From a virus (Duplodnaviria > Caudoviricetes): a stretch of 51,845 nucleotides of DNA. Below are positions 1-9,046 of the stretch, one piece after another. Below the pieces are notes generated by a model. The model saw only the letters and a list, made by a program, of their open reading frames with translations, was not told the origin of the DNA and ran no database searches. The first letter of the stretch is position 1; each line of letters opens with the position of its first letter. The position numbers and the translations under genes are program-made. Location of the stretch: positions 1-51,845 of the IMG/VR virus record IMGVR_UViG_3300035670_013246; one strand, given 5' to 3'.

Positions 1-117
1 CAGCAGCGACGGGTTGGTGGTGGCATCGACCGGCTTCAGGCGGGTGATGGCGTCCAGGTCCCCGGTGTCGGCGACCACGGTGGTGAACTGCTTGAGTTGT
101 TCCAGCTTGGAGGTCAT
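1..117 (-). CDS. tal: Transaldolase, 5' part (runs off the window)
   Basis: Manual translation from ATG at 117: [39 protein letters not shown], containing the transaldolase VVADTGD and DATTNPS motifs. Confidence 0.95.
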   Translation of the reverse strand, partial: MTSKLEQLKQFTTVVADTGDLDAITRLKPVDATTNPSLL

Positions 118-273
118 GGGCGTGCTCTGTCCTGTGCATTTACTCGACATTACCCGAGCCCCGGCAGCCGCTCAAGGGCCGCCGAAACCCTGCGGACCCG
201 CTGGCCCGCACAGGGCTGTACGAAAGGTGAAGATTCGAGTCGCAAGCAAGCCCGAGGTTCCCTCCCTCTGAGG

Positions 274-1284
274 TTACCGCCCCTGCAACAACTCCACGGC
301 CTGGTCAAACACTGCCAAGGGTTCGGCCGCCTTGTGAATGTCTGCCGACAGCAGCTGACGGAAGCGCCGCGCCCCTTTGAATCCTTGGGCCAGCCCCAGA
401 ATATGCCGGGTAACGTGGTGCATCGCGCCGCCACTTTCCATATGCGCCACGATGTAAGGCCGCAGTTGCGCCAATGCCTCGCTACGGCTGACCACCGGCG
501 CATCGCTGCCAAACAGCTGCTGGTCCACCTCGGCCAGCAGATAAGGGTTGTGATACGCCTCGCGCCCCAGCATCACGCCATCGAAGGTTTCAAGGTGTGC
601 CTGGCATTCGTCCAGGGTCTTGATCCCGCCGTTGAGCACGATCTCCAGGTCCGGGAAGTCTCTTTTCAACTGCGCTGCGATGTCATAGCGCAGCGGCGGA
701 ATCTCGCGGTTCTCTTTCGGCGACAGCCCTTCCAGAATCGCGATGCGTGCATGCACGGTAAAACTCCGGCAGCCGGCCTCACGCACCTGGCCGACGAAGT
801 CGCTCAGTTCGGCGTAGCTGTCACGGCCGTTGATACCAATGCGGTGCTTCACCGTGACAGGCGTCGATACGGCATCACGCATGGCCTTCACGCAGTCGGC
901 CACCAGCGCCGGGTGAGCCATCAGGCACGCGCCGATCATGTTGTTCTGCACCCGGTCGCTCGGGCAGCCAACGTTGAGGTTGACCTCATCGTAGCCCGCT
1001 TCTTCAGCCAGCCGCGCACAAGCGGCCAGGTCGGCCGGCACACTGCCACCCAGTTGCAGGGCCAGCGGGTGCTCAGAAGCATCGTGGCGCAGGAAACGGT
1101 GAGCGTCGTTGTGCAGCAGGGCGCCGGTGGTGACCATTTCGGTGTAGAGCAGGGTTTGCCTGGAGAGCAGGCGCAGGAAGAACCTGCAATGCCTGTCGGT
1201 CCAGTCCATCATCGGCGCAACAGAAAACCTCCTAACTACCGTATTGCCTGAGTTTCCGGGGTTTTCTGCTTGTTTCTGGGGCAT
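274..1284 (-). CDS. dusA: tRNA-dihydrouridine(20/20a) synthase DusA; N-terminus probably supplied by the prophage
   Basis: RRFSVAPMMDWTDRHCR, NLNVGCPS, VTVKHRIG, TVHARIA and GVMLGR motifs. Start placed at ATG 1284 (MPQKQAEN); the ORF-track start at 1365 is less likely. Confidence 0.93.
   Translation of the reverse strand: MPQKQAENPGNSGNTVVRRFSVAPMMDWTDRHCRFFLRLLSRQTLLYTEMVTTGALLHNDAHRFLRHDASEHPLALQLGGSVPADLAACARLAEEAGYDEVNLNVGCPSDRVQNNMIGACLMAHPALVADCVKAMRDAVSTPVTVKHRIGINGRDSYAELSDFVGQVREAGCRSFTVHARIAILEGLSPKENREIPPLRYDIAAQLKRDFPDLEIVLNGGIKTLDECQAHLETFDGVMLGREAYHNPYLLAEVDQQLFGSDAPVVSRSEALAQLRPYIVAHMESGGAMHHVTRHILGLAQGFKGARRFRQLLSADIHKAAEPLAVFDQAVELLQGR
1199..1228. other. Probable att junction region inside the dusA 5' end (FSVAPMMDW codons)
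   Basis: dusA-associated integrases are known to target this part of dusA, and base composition shifts AT-rich just beyond ~1220. The exact core cannot be fixed without the other att copy. Confidence 0.55.
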
Positions 1285-1300
1285 TTCTCTATCTCTGTTT

Positions 1301-1380
1301 TTTGCTACTTTGTTCCGGTTCTTGCTGGTTTTACTACCGCTGTTGCTACAATGTAGCAACTCCAATCAGCCGTGTAGCAA
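1301..1380. repeat. TTGCTAC/GTAGCAA repeats including the palindrome GTTGCTACAATGTAGCAAC (1342-1360); candidate integrase arm sites
   Basis: Copies at 1302-1308, 1343-1349, 1353-1359 and 1374-1380, with degenerate copies at 1322 and 1331. Confidence 0.6.
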
Positions 1381-1383
1381 ATC

Positions 1384-2511
1384 ATGGGAACCATCACGCA
1401 GCGCAAGCGCAAGGACGGGTCTTCGGGCTTTACGGCCCAGATCCGAATCATGAAGGAAGGTAAGGCAGTTTATCAGGAAAGCCAGACGTTCGACCGGAAG
1501 GCGACGGCGCAGGCCTGGATCAGGAAGCGTGAGGCCGAACTGTACGAGCCGGGCGCCATCGAGAAAGCCAAACGGAAGGGCGTGACGGTCAAGCAGATGA
1601 TTGACCAGTACCTGGCCGAGTACGAGAAGCTGCGGCCGCTGGGCAAGACCAAGCGTGCAACCCTCAAGGCTATTGGTGAAAGCTGGCTTGGCGAGGTTGC
1701 AGACCAAGACCTGACCAGCCAGAAGCTGGTTGACTACGCCATGGACCGGATCGAGAAGGACGGCATCCAGCCACAGACGGTCGGCAATGATCTGGCGCAC
1801 CTCGGTGCCGTACTGTCCGTGGCCAGGCCGGCCTGGGGCTATGAGGTTGATCCGCTGGCCATGCCTGACGCCCGGCGCGTATTAAAGAAGCTGGGCGCCG
1901 TGACCAAAAGCGTTGAGCGCAACCGCCGACCGACCAAGGATGAACTCGAAAAGCTGATCAAGTACTTCCAGAAGGTGCGCGATGCCAGGCGCCAAGAGAT
2001 CGACATGGTGCGGGTGGTGGTCTTCGCGCTGTTCTCCACCCGGCGCCAGGAAGAGATCACCCGGATTCGCTGGGCTGCGCTCGATGACCAGGAGCAATCG
2101 GCGCTGATCACCGACATGAAGAACCCGGGCCAGAAGTACGGCAACGACGTGTGGTGCCACATGCCCGACGAGGCATGGCGCATTTTGCAGTCCATGCCAA
2201 AGGTTGCCGACGAGGTGTTTCCGTACAACTCCAGGTCGATATCGGCGTCCTTCACCAGGGCCTGTCATTTCCTTCAGATTGAAGACCTTCACTTCCACGA
2301 CCTGCGCCACGATGGCGTAAGCCGTCTGTTCGAAAAAGGGTGGGATATTCCGCGCGTGGCCAGCGTGTCGGGCCACCGGGATTGGAACTCGATGCGGCGC
2401 TATACGCACCTGCGGGGGAAGGGAGACCCCTATGAGGGGTGGGAGATGCTGGAAGAGGTTGTAACGGGCCCCGTTATCGAGGCCCAAAAGAGGGTCAAGA
2501 GACACGCCTGA
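1384..2511 (+). CDS. Tyrosine integrase (dusA-associated type)
   Basis: Catalytic set STRRQEEI (R), DMKNP (K), FHDLRH (HxxR), SGHRDW (H), RRYTHL (Y); divergent from dusA. Confidence 0.93.
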   Translation: MGTITQRKRKDGSSGFTAQIRIMKEGKAVYQESQTFDRKATAQAWIRKREAELYEPGAIEKAKRKGVTVKQMIDQYLAEYEKLRPLGKTKRATLKAIGESWLGEVADQDLTSQKLVDYAMDRIEKDGIQPQTVGNDLAHLGAVLSVARPAWGYEVDPLAMPDARRVLKKLGAVTKSVERNRRPTKDELEKLIKYFQKVRDARRQEIDMVRVVVFALFSTRRQEEITRIRWAALDDQEQSALITDMKNPGQKYGNDVWCHMPDEAWRILQSMPKVADEVFPYNSRSISASFTRACHFLQIEDLHFHDLRHDGVSRLFEKGWDIPRVASVSGHRDWNSMRRYTHLRGKGDPYEGWEMLEEVVTGPVIEAQKRVKRHA

Positions 2512-2773
2512 GGCCGCGACCCATGAGCTTGTCCTGCTCGGCTTTAGCCTTCTCGCGCTGGTTGTCGATGTAGGCGGCCAGGTCCGTCAGGTGCACACCG
2601 CGTGCGCCTTTCTGGCTGGGCTCCATCCACAACAGCGGCAAGTTGATTTCGCCCCGGGCCACCTTGGCCTTGAGCTTGGTTGGGGTGATATCGAAGTAGT
2701 CCTTGCAGACCAGGTCGATTGGGATGATGGCCTGGCCGTTGTACTGGGCCATCAGCAGGAAGGCGGTATTCAT
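2495..2773 (-). CDS. PrtN (pyocin activator)-family DNA-binding protein, likely excisionase
   Basis: MNTAFLLMAQYNGQAIIP...SQKGARGVHLTDLAAYID matches the PrtN family pattern. Convergent with the integrase and overlapping it by 17 bp; GGAG RBS. Confidence 0.75.
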   Translation of the reverse strand: MNTAFLLMAQYNGQAIIPIDLVCKDYFDITPTKLKAKVARGEINLPLLWMEPSQKGARGVHLTDLAAYIDNQREKAKAEQDKLMGRGLRRVS

Positions 2774-2883
2774 GTTGTTCTCCACGCCGCCGGTGGCGGC
2801 AGGTTGGTGGTCAGGCTGCTGGCGCAGGCTCGACACGTGCCTCGCCCGCGCATGTCTGCGAGCTTGCGTTGTAGGGGGAGGGG

Positions 2884-3366
2884 TTAGGCTGCCGGGCGTT
2901 TCATGAAGGTGATCCAGTGCGTCTTTTCGCGCTTGCCGGACTTGTGGCCGAACAGGGGCTTCTCATCGGTGAGGGCCAACAGCTCGCTGACCAGCACCTG
3001 GGTTTCGTTCCACTTGAAGATCAGGATTCCCTCGGGCTTCAGTACGCGGAAGCACTCGGCGAAGCCCTGGCGGATGTCCTCCCGCCAGTCGCTGGTCAGC
3101 AGTCCGTACTTGGCGCGCATCCAGCTATCGACGCCGGCCCGGGTTAGGTGCGGCGGATCGAACACGACCAGGCGGAAGGTTGAGGCCTCGAAGGGCAGGC
3201 TACGGAAGTCCATCAGCACATCGGGCTCAACCTTCAGCACCCGGCCGTCGCAGAGCAGGTGCTCTTCGTCGCGGATGTCACCGAACAGGGCGCGCTGGTC
3301 TTCTTTGTCGAACCACATCATGCGGCTGGCGCTGCAAGGGTCGAGCACTTTAGCTGCAGCACTCAT
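2884..3366 (-). CDS. Class I SAM-dependent methyltransferase (amino-MTase-like)
   Basis: VLDPCSASRMMWFDK motif I variant, VVFDPPH motif IV-like, and ECFRVLKPEG. Confidence 0.8.
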   Translation of the reverse strand: MSAAAKVLDPCSASRMMWFDKEDQRALFGDIRDEEHLLCDGRVLKVEPDVLMDFRSLPFEASTFRLVVFDPPHLTRAGVDSWMRAKYGLLTSDWREDIRQGFAECFRVLKPEGILIFKWNETQVLVSELLALTDEKPLFGHKSGKREKTHWITFMKRPAA

Positions 3367-3416
3367 CGCGGCCCCCTGTATATCAGGTAGGCCATGTACA
3401 TCAGGGGCAGGATCAT
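3363..3416 (-). CDS. Putative 17-aa hydrophobic peptide MILPLMYMAYLIYRGPR
   Basis: Fills the gap exactly, with 4-bp ATGA overlaps to both neighbouring genes. Confidence 0.5.
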   Translation of the reverse strand: MILPLMYMAYLIYRGPR

Positions 3417-3808
3417 GGCATCAGCTCCTTCGGCACCTGGACGGTATCGCCGCGGATGAGTTCGACGATGGACCGGCCCACCGCTACTGGCGTCGTATCC
3501 CCCCAGCCTTCACCCTCACGGCACGAGCCAGGCCGCCACGTGATGGCAACACTCTCGCCGTCCGCGCTACGCTCTAGCAAGCGCACGTACTTGTCTTGCA
3601 GGGCGCCGGCCAGGGACCAGTCCTCCCATGGGTTATAGCGCTTGGTGTGCTCGATGGCCTGGCCCCGGTACCGGGCGAACACCCGCCATGGCACGCCGTT
3701 GTACCCGGGAGGTTCCAGGTACACATCCAGCCCTTCGGCCTTGCCGACAGCCCATCCCAGCGCCTCACCGACCAGCTCCGCCGTAGTCACTTCGATCAGG
3801 TCGGTCAT
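3413..3808 (-). CDS. NinX/DUF2591-like phage protein
   Basis: L.G.AL.WAV.KAEG, YNPWEDWSLAG and G.TP.VA..R.IV pattern. Confidence 0.65.
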   Translation of the reverse strand: MTDLIEVTTAELVGEALGWAVGKAEGLDVYLEPPGYNGVPWRVFARYRGQAIEHTKRYNPWEDWSLAGALQDKYVRLLERSADGESVAITWRPGSCREGEGWGDTTPVAVGRSIVELIRGDTVQVPKELMP

Positions 3809-4179
3809 GGAGTCACCTGCTTATTGCTTGCGCGAAGAGCGCTAACCGCATCAAGCATCACGGCAATTTCTTCGTCAGTCAGCCTTTCAGTTCTGTAGGT
3901 AAGAGTATTGAAATCTGAGCGGTTCTTATCAGCGCGAATTTCCGCGCTATCCTTGCCAGTGATCGGGGTGATGGTCGGTCCGTAGCTAGCTCCGATCTCT
4001 CGCCCGTATTGCTTGTTGAATCGGCGCCCACGGTCACTGACGATGATCTGGGTAGCTGTAACGCGTTCAACCGTAGTGATGCTCTTGCGTCGACCAATAC
4101 CTTTCTCAGTGATCACCACGCCGGCTCCGGCCTTCAGCCCTTGGCGCCAGGCCTTGGCTTTCTCGAAATCTTCGCTCAC
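3805..4179 (-). CDS. Hypothetical phage protein
   Basis: 124-aa ORF with 4-bp overlaps to both neighbours in the leftward operon. Confidence 0.7.
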   Translation of the reverse strand: MSEDFEKAKAWRQGLKAGAGVVITEKGIGRRKSITTVERVTATQIIVSDRGRRFNKQYGREIGASYGPTITPITGKDSAEIRADKNRSDFNTLTYRTERLTDEEIAVMLDAVSALRASNKQVTP

Positions 4180-4442
4180 AGCTGATACCTCTCATCAATC
4201 CAGCGCCCAGGCGCCAGTGCGGGTGTAGGTTCGGGTTGTGTTTCGTGCGGGGAGAGCTGGCGCTGGTTGCCGGCCTGCAGCTGGCTGTCGGGAATGCAGC
4301 TGATGCCGCCTGGCGAGCTGAAGCCGTAGAGCCAACAGGTAGCGCCGCGCTCATCGTCATGGAATACGCGCACTCCATGGGGCAACGGATCTGCGCTGGC
4401 GCCAGTGGCCAGCAGCAGGAGACAGAGGACGAGGCGGGTCAT
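4176..4442 (-). CDS. Hypothetical exported protein
   Basis: Signal-peptide-like MTRLVLCLLLLATGASA and a Cys pair; coupled to neighbours. Confidence 0.7.
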   Translation of the reverse strand: MTRLVLCLLLLATGASADPLPHGVRVFHDDERGATCWLYGFSSPGGISCIPDSQLQAGNQRQLSPHETQPEPTPALAPGRWIDERYQL

Positions 4443-4627
4443 TCCTTCACCTTGATCGTCACGTCGTCATGAATCCACTCGATGTCGAGTAGGTCGTCTT
4501 CGGTGATCTGGTCTTCCCGGGTGTCGTTCATGCTCACCAGGTCCTGCACCTCATCGTCAGGTACGTTTTTCATGACCTTGCGGAAGTTCACGACTGCCTT
4601 GCCGGTCAGGATGATTGTTTTGCCCAC
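4439..4627 (-). CDS. Hypothetical acidic phage protein
   Basis: GTG start at 4627 (MGKTIILTGKAVV) preceded by AAGGA; stop overlaps the next start. Confidence 0.6.
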   Translation of the reverse strand: MGKTIILTGKAVVNFRKVMKNVPDDEVQDLVSMNDTREDQITEDDLLDIEWIHDDVTIKVKE

Positions 4628-4659
4628 GGCAGATCCTTGGCCGCCATATCGCGGCAGTG

Positions 4660-5117
4660 AATAGAGGGGAGAGGGGTTAGGAGCATTGGTGATGGCCAAT
4701 AGTCTGATTCAGATCACGAAACAGGCAGGTGGGGTTGCGAACCGCTTCGGTTTGGCTATGGTGGGTTGATGCATACAACTGAAGTCGAAGGAGGACGGCA
4801 TGAGAATTCGCGGTGATGTTTTTTGGTCTTGGGCTGACCCGACGCTTCACCATAGGACTCATGACGAAACACTCGACGATGGAACGTTCATAGATGTCCA
4901 AGTGCGACTGTCGCGCACGGGCAACACGCAGATGTTCCTCGGCGTTTATGCGGCGGGTGGAGCTCCCCTCCACGAAGAGGCGTTCGACTCTCGTCCAGGC
5001 GAGTCGATGACCAGGGCATTAGCGTGGGGCGTGGGGCGTGCTCGCCGAATCGCCACCGAGGGCCTGGCTGCAACGGACAAGCACGCGGCCTGCTCGAAAT
5101 AGAGGGGCGAGGGGTTA
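4660..5117 (+). repeat. 20-bp direct repeats AATAGAGGGG(A/C)GAGGGGTTA at 4660-4679 and 5098-5117
   Basis: 19/20 identical by inspection; a shorter variant lies at 2872-2886. Confidence 0.8.
4800..5102 (+). CDS. Hypothetical protein in an antisense cassette
   Basis: 100-aa ORF with strong AGGAGG RBS, opposite to the operon and between direct repeats. Confidence 0.75.
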   Translation: MRIRGDVFWSWADPTLHHRTHDETLDDGTFIDVQVRLSRTGNTQMFLGVYAAGGAPLHEEAFDSRPGESMTRALAWGVGRARRIATEGLAATDKHAACSK

Positions 5118-5142
5118 CAGCTGGGTGGAGTACAAATGTGCT

Positions 5143-6039
5143 CTACGTGCTGGGCTGAGCGAAGGCGCCTTTGAATTGTTGCTCCAGGTCTCGGACCTCG
5201 CGCTCTAGATCAAGGAGGTCGACGCTATCTTCACGTTGGCCGCGGCCGAGCAATGAATCGCCGTATTGCCCAATGGCGGTGGCTGCTCGATCCAGCAAGT
5301 CTTGGATCTCAGGCGCCCGCACTGCTCCAAGTGGCGCACCTTGTTTGCCTGGCACGCTCGGCTCTGCGCTGGCGGATAGGGCGGCGTTGAGTTGGTGGCA
5401 AGCCGCCACAGCGGCAGCGTACTGAACCCCAGCCGACTTCGATTCGATGATTCGACGCAGGACTTCCAAGGCATTGCGCGAAGCGTCACCCTGTTCGGCC
5501 AGCTGGGCGCCCAAGGTTACGGCCGTTTCTTGCCACTTTGTGGTGGCTTCCTGCTCCAGCTTCAGTGCTTCGCGCAGCCGCTCAACCTCCCCAGAATCGG
5601 CGCGGGTGTAGAGGGGTATCATCTGAATGCCCTCTCTCTGCAAGTCGCTCGCATAATCGGCATGAGTGGTGAACTCCTTGCCGTCGTCGTGAGCCCAGCC
5701 ATAGGGCTGGCCCTGGTTCTGCTCGGCAGGCGCTAAGCCGGACATCGGTCCCAGGCCCACAATCGGCAGCCCAGTCGCTGCCACATCCCGCTCTGCCTCT
5801 TCATTGGTCCACCAGAAGGCAGTACCAACCATCCAGGCTATAGGCTCGGGGTGGGGCTGCGGGGCTGGCTCATTGCAGGGCTCGCAAAGATGCTGGATGG
5901 CTTGTTCCTGAAGTTCGTCGAGCGGCATCTGCAGAAGGGCGACGCTGTTAAGCCACTCGCGCGGCACGCTTACCATATCGATGATCCCCTCGATATGGTC
6001 ATGCTGCTCGATGGTGCTGGATCGGTTTTCTGTGGGCAT
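5143..6039 (-). CDS. Hypothetical mosaic/coiled-coil phage protein
   Basis: 298-aa ORF with AGGAG RBS; EVERLREALK coiled-coil-like segments. Confidence 0.7.
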   Translation of the reverse strand: MPTENRSSTIEQHDHIEGIIDMVSVPREWLNSVALLQMPLDELQEQAIQHLCEPCNEPAPQPHPEPIAWMVGTAFWWTNEEAERDVAATGLPIVGLGPMSGLAPAEQNQGQPYGWAHDDGKEFTTHADYASDLQREGIQMIPLYTRADSGEVERLREALKLEQEATTKWQETAVTLGAQLAEQGDASRNALEVLRRIIESKSAGVQYAAAVAACHQLNAALSASAEPSVPGKQGAPLGAVRAPEIQDLLDRAATAIGQYGDSLLGRGQREDSVDLLDLEREVRDLEQQFKGAFAQPST

Positions 6040-6060
6040 GGGTGTCTCCTGCTGGCAACG

Positions 6061-7953
6061 TCAGGCCGCCAGGCGCTGGTAGAGTTCGATGAGGTCGGAT
6101 GCGTTCGCCGCGACAAGGGCCCGGGCTTCGTCCTTGCAGACACTGTTGCCCAGCAGCTTCACCTGGTCAGTCTTGCTGATGGCTTTCCAGTGCAGCTGGC
6201 CGGTCACTTCATCGAGGAACAGGCCTCGGTCGATGATGTAGTCCGGTCGGAAGCCTTGGGCGCGTTTCAGCTCGTGCGGTTGCAGCATGCGCAGGGTAAT
6301 GTCGATCAGCACGTAGTCACCGACCATGACGATATCGGCGTGCTCGGTGAAGTGCTGCGGCAGGTATTTTCGGAGGAACGCCGCGCACTTGCGGGCACCG
6401 GCCAGTTGCTCATCTGTCAGCGTGTGGCTGTGCAACTGGACGACTTCGACCACAGCCATGCGATCCTTCGACGGGATCGTGTGGACCGGCTCACGAAGTG
6501 AGATCCCGTCCTTCTCGGCACCGTAGTACTTCACCATGTAGGCAGTGACCAGACGCTGATTTGAGCCTTTGCCCAGGACGGTCGAGAACGGATCGTCCGC
6601 TGCACGGCCGTCGCCCTTGTAGAAGCCGCCGTTGGCCTGCTCCAAGTGGGCGGATGCAACAGCGTGGTGACCGCTGTTTTGCGTGATGCAGCTGAGAGGG
6701 CCGTTTGCGGCAGCACCCACGCAGCCTTTGCGTAACGTTACCAGGGAGGCCGAAACCAGTGCCTGCTCGCCGCGATTGGCGCCTGTCACCGTCATGGCAG
6801 GGTCCGTGGCAGGGTAGCCTGATCGATCGCCATGGTGCGTCAGGTGTGTCAGATGCGCGCCGACCAACGCAAAGTGGCCTCCCTTGACTTGAGCAACTTG
6901 GGTTCGCAGTGGCTCAAGAGTGTCGAAAGTGCGCTGGGTCGACCCATTCGCATGCTCAGTAAGGCATCCCGCCATCGCCATCGTCGGCTGAACCAGGGCG
7001 TGATGGGTACCGCCACCGCTGATGGTCGAGGCTGGCTCACCGACGCTGTGCGTGCTGGTGTGCGACTTCGAGGTTCCGCGCAGCGGGACTATGAACGGGT
7101 CGTTGCAGGCCAGGGTGTGCCGCCACAGGCCTTTGGCGATACGGTTCATTGTGTTTTCGACCAGAGCGTCGTCCCGGAAGATCGTGCGGCCCTGCAGTTC
7201 CCAGTCGATGCATTCGGCGGCGGATCGCCAGGCTTTCTGACCCTTGCCCGGGTTCTTGTGGTGTGTCGGTGCCGGCCAGACGATGGGCTTGCCATCGCGC
7301 CGCGCGATGCCGTAAAGGCGCTTGCGGATCGTTGGCGCGCCCTGATCGGCCGCGACGCGCACCTGGTGCTCGAAGTTGTAGCGAAGGCCTCGCACCAGTG
7401 CTTCCTTGGGTACGTGGTCGCCGATTTCGGCCAAGATCTCAGGCAGGTCTGGGTGATCCTCTGGAATCCCCTTGCCCAGGACGTTCACGAACGCTTGGAA
7501 TGTCCGGCCCTTTTCGGCTTTGACCGGCTTGCCCTCATCGTCGAGCGGCCCCCAGTCGGCGAACTCTTCCACGTTTTCAAGGAAGATCAGTCGCGGACGA
7601 GTCTGGTATGCCCAGCGAATGATCACCCATGCGAGGCCGCGAATCTTGCGGTCACGGGGTTTCCCGCCCTTGGCCTTGCTGTGGTGCCGGCAGTCGGGCG
7701 AAGCCCACAAGATGCCGACCGGCTGCCCCTTCGTTGCCAGGATCGGATCGACTTCGAACACGTCTGCAACGTAGTGCTCGGTCTGCTGGTGGTTGGCGCG
7801 GTGCACAGCCAGGGCGATCGGGTTGTGGTTCACCGCCACATCCGGTTCGCGGTACGCCTCAGCGATTCCGCTGCTGGCGCCGCCTCCGCCGGCGAAGAGA
7901 TCGACGACCAGCTCCTTTTCGAAGGGCAGGGCGAGGGAGGTCATACAGGTCAT
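6061..7953 (-). CDS. DNA cytosine-5 methyltransferase (orphan, long variable region)
   Basis: Motif I DLFAGGGG, IV SPDC, VI ENVEEF, VIII TIRKRLY, X LLGNSV; AAGGA RBS before ATG 7953. Confidence 0.92.
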   Translation of the reverse strand: MTCMTSLALPFEKELVVDLFAGGGGASSGIAEAYREPDVAVNHNPIALAVHRANHQQTEHYVADVFEVDPILATKGQPVGILWASPDCRHHSKAKGGKPRDRKIRGLAWVIIRWAYQTRPRLIFLENVEEFADWGPLDDEGKPVKAEKGRTFQAFVNVLGKGIPEDHPDLPEILAEIGDHVPKEALVRGLRYNFEHQVRVAADQGAPTIRKRLYGIARRDGKPIVWPAPTHHKNPGKGQKAWRSAAECIDWELQGRTIFRDDALVENTMNRIAKGLWRHTLACNDPFIVPLRGTSKSHTSTHSVGEPASTISGGGTHHALVQPTMAMAGCLTEHANGSTQRTFDTLEPLRTQVAQVKGGHFALVGAHLTHLTHHGDRSGYPATDPAMTVTGANRGEQALVSASLVTLRKGCVGAAANGPLSCITQNSGHHAVASAHLEQANGGFYKGDGRAADDPFSTVLGKGSNQRLVTAYMVKYYGAEKDGISLREPVHTIPSKDRMAVVEVVQLHSHTLTDEQLAGARKCAAFLRKYLPQHFTEHADIVMVGDYVLIDITLRMLQPHELKRAQGFRPDYIIDRGLFLDEVTGQLHWKAISKTDQVKLLGNSVCKDEARALVAANASDLIELYQRLAA

Positions 7954-8065
7954 GTTGTGGTCCTTGCGTGCAGGCGCCGCCCTCGCCGGGGTGGCGTTTA
8001 TTAGTGGCAATTTGATGTCGTTTGGTCTATTGCTTGTGATTCCAGACCAGCGAGTTGAATCCCCG

Positions 8066-8287
8066 ATGGACCGCGAGCCAACAAACCAGGAAGTCGCAGC
8101 AGTTCTCGGAATTGATGAGGATCAGGTTGCTAAGTATCGTCGGGAGGCTGTGCTATTGGGCGACGGTTCCTGGCTGATCCACTTTTCCTACGACATGCCG
8201 CGAGAGCTGCGGCACAGCTTCACCGGTAGCTTCACGGCGATCGTCGAATGCGTTGCAACTTGTGTTGACGCCCGCTCAGTCGACTGA
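8066..8287 (+). CDS. Hypothetical protein in an antisense cassette
   Basis: 73-aa ORF MDREPTNQEVAAVLGID (HTH-like start) fills the gap between two leftward genes. Confidence 0.55.
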   Translation: MDREPTNQEVAAVLGIDEDQVAKYRREAVLLGDGSWLIHFSYDMPRELRHSFTGSFTAIVECVATCVDARSVD

Positions 8288-8310
8288 GGCGGGCGGGTAG
8301 CGCCGGAGGG

Positions 8311-8934
8311 TCACGGGCAGTTGTTCGCGCCGCAGTTCTGGCAGTCGTTGAGGAATCGGCCGTCCCAGCTGATGAAGCGTCCGCAGCCATGGCAGTTGAG
8401 CGGTCGGTCACAGGGCTTGCGCTGCTTCCGCGGCTTCGCTATCTCAATGCCGGTGCCACGGAGGGCTTCTTTGATATTCACGTCCCGCTTATGCACCAGG
8501 CGCCTGGCCTTGGCCTCAAGGTAAGACAAGGGCCAGATCACCGCTTCCTCTGGAGTGTTGCCGATCGCTTTGGCAGCCTCGAAGGTGAGGTGATGTGCCT
8601 TCTCGAATCGGAAGGTGTGGCCTATTGGCCACCTGGCCAAGGCAATGTCGTTCCCGTTCCAGTGCCCAGGGATCTGCAGGACAACAGTGCATCCCGGGGT
8701 CAGGTGGTCGCGGGCTTCATCCAGGCTGATGTACTGATGATCGACGCCAACGTGTGCGCGGGCGTCAACGTAGTCTTTTGGCCCAGGGATGTCGGTATCG
8801 CGATGGCTGCAGGCCTGCTCTTGCGTGAAAACCTCGGCCTTGTCGAGGCTGGTGGTGTACCCGCCGCCCAGGGCCCAGAACATGAGGCCGTCACCGACAT
8901 GGCTCCGACTGTCCTGAAGGTAGAATTGGCTCAT
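8311..8934 (-). CDS. Hypothetical phage protein with C-terminal Zn-ribbon
   Basis: GGAG RBS before MSQFYLQDSR; CHGC...CQNC at the C-terminus. Confidence 0.75.
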   Translation of the reverse strand: MSQFYLQDSRSHVGDGLMFWALGGGYTTSLDKAEVFTQEQACSHRDTDIPGPKDYVDARAHVGVDHQYISLDEARDHLTPGCTVVLQIPGHWNGNDIALARWPIGHTFRFEKAHHLTFEAAKAIGNTPEEAVIWPLSYLEAKARRLVHKRDVNIKEALRGTGIEIAKPRKQRKPCDRPLNCHGCGRFISWDGRFLNDCQNCGANNCP

Positions 8935-9046
8935 GGCTTTCTCCATGCATGCGCCGCCCTCCGTGGCCGGATGCGGCATGGTTGAGTTTTCTTTGATGGT
9001 GCGGTATGACGAAGAACCATCAAGACCGCATAGCGAGGGCAAGGGG

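Noticed and set aside
97-1251. 384-aa + strand ORF
   Set aside because: Antisense shadow of dusA with no recognisable motifs; typical of high-GC codon bias.
6832-8004. 390-aa + strand ORF
   Set aside because: Shadow of the C5 methyltransferase.
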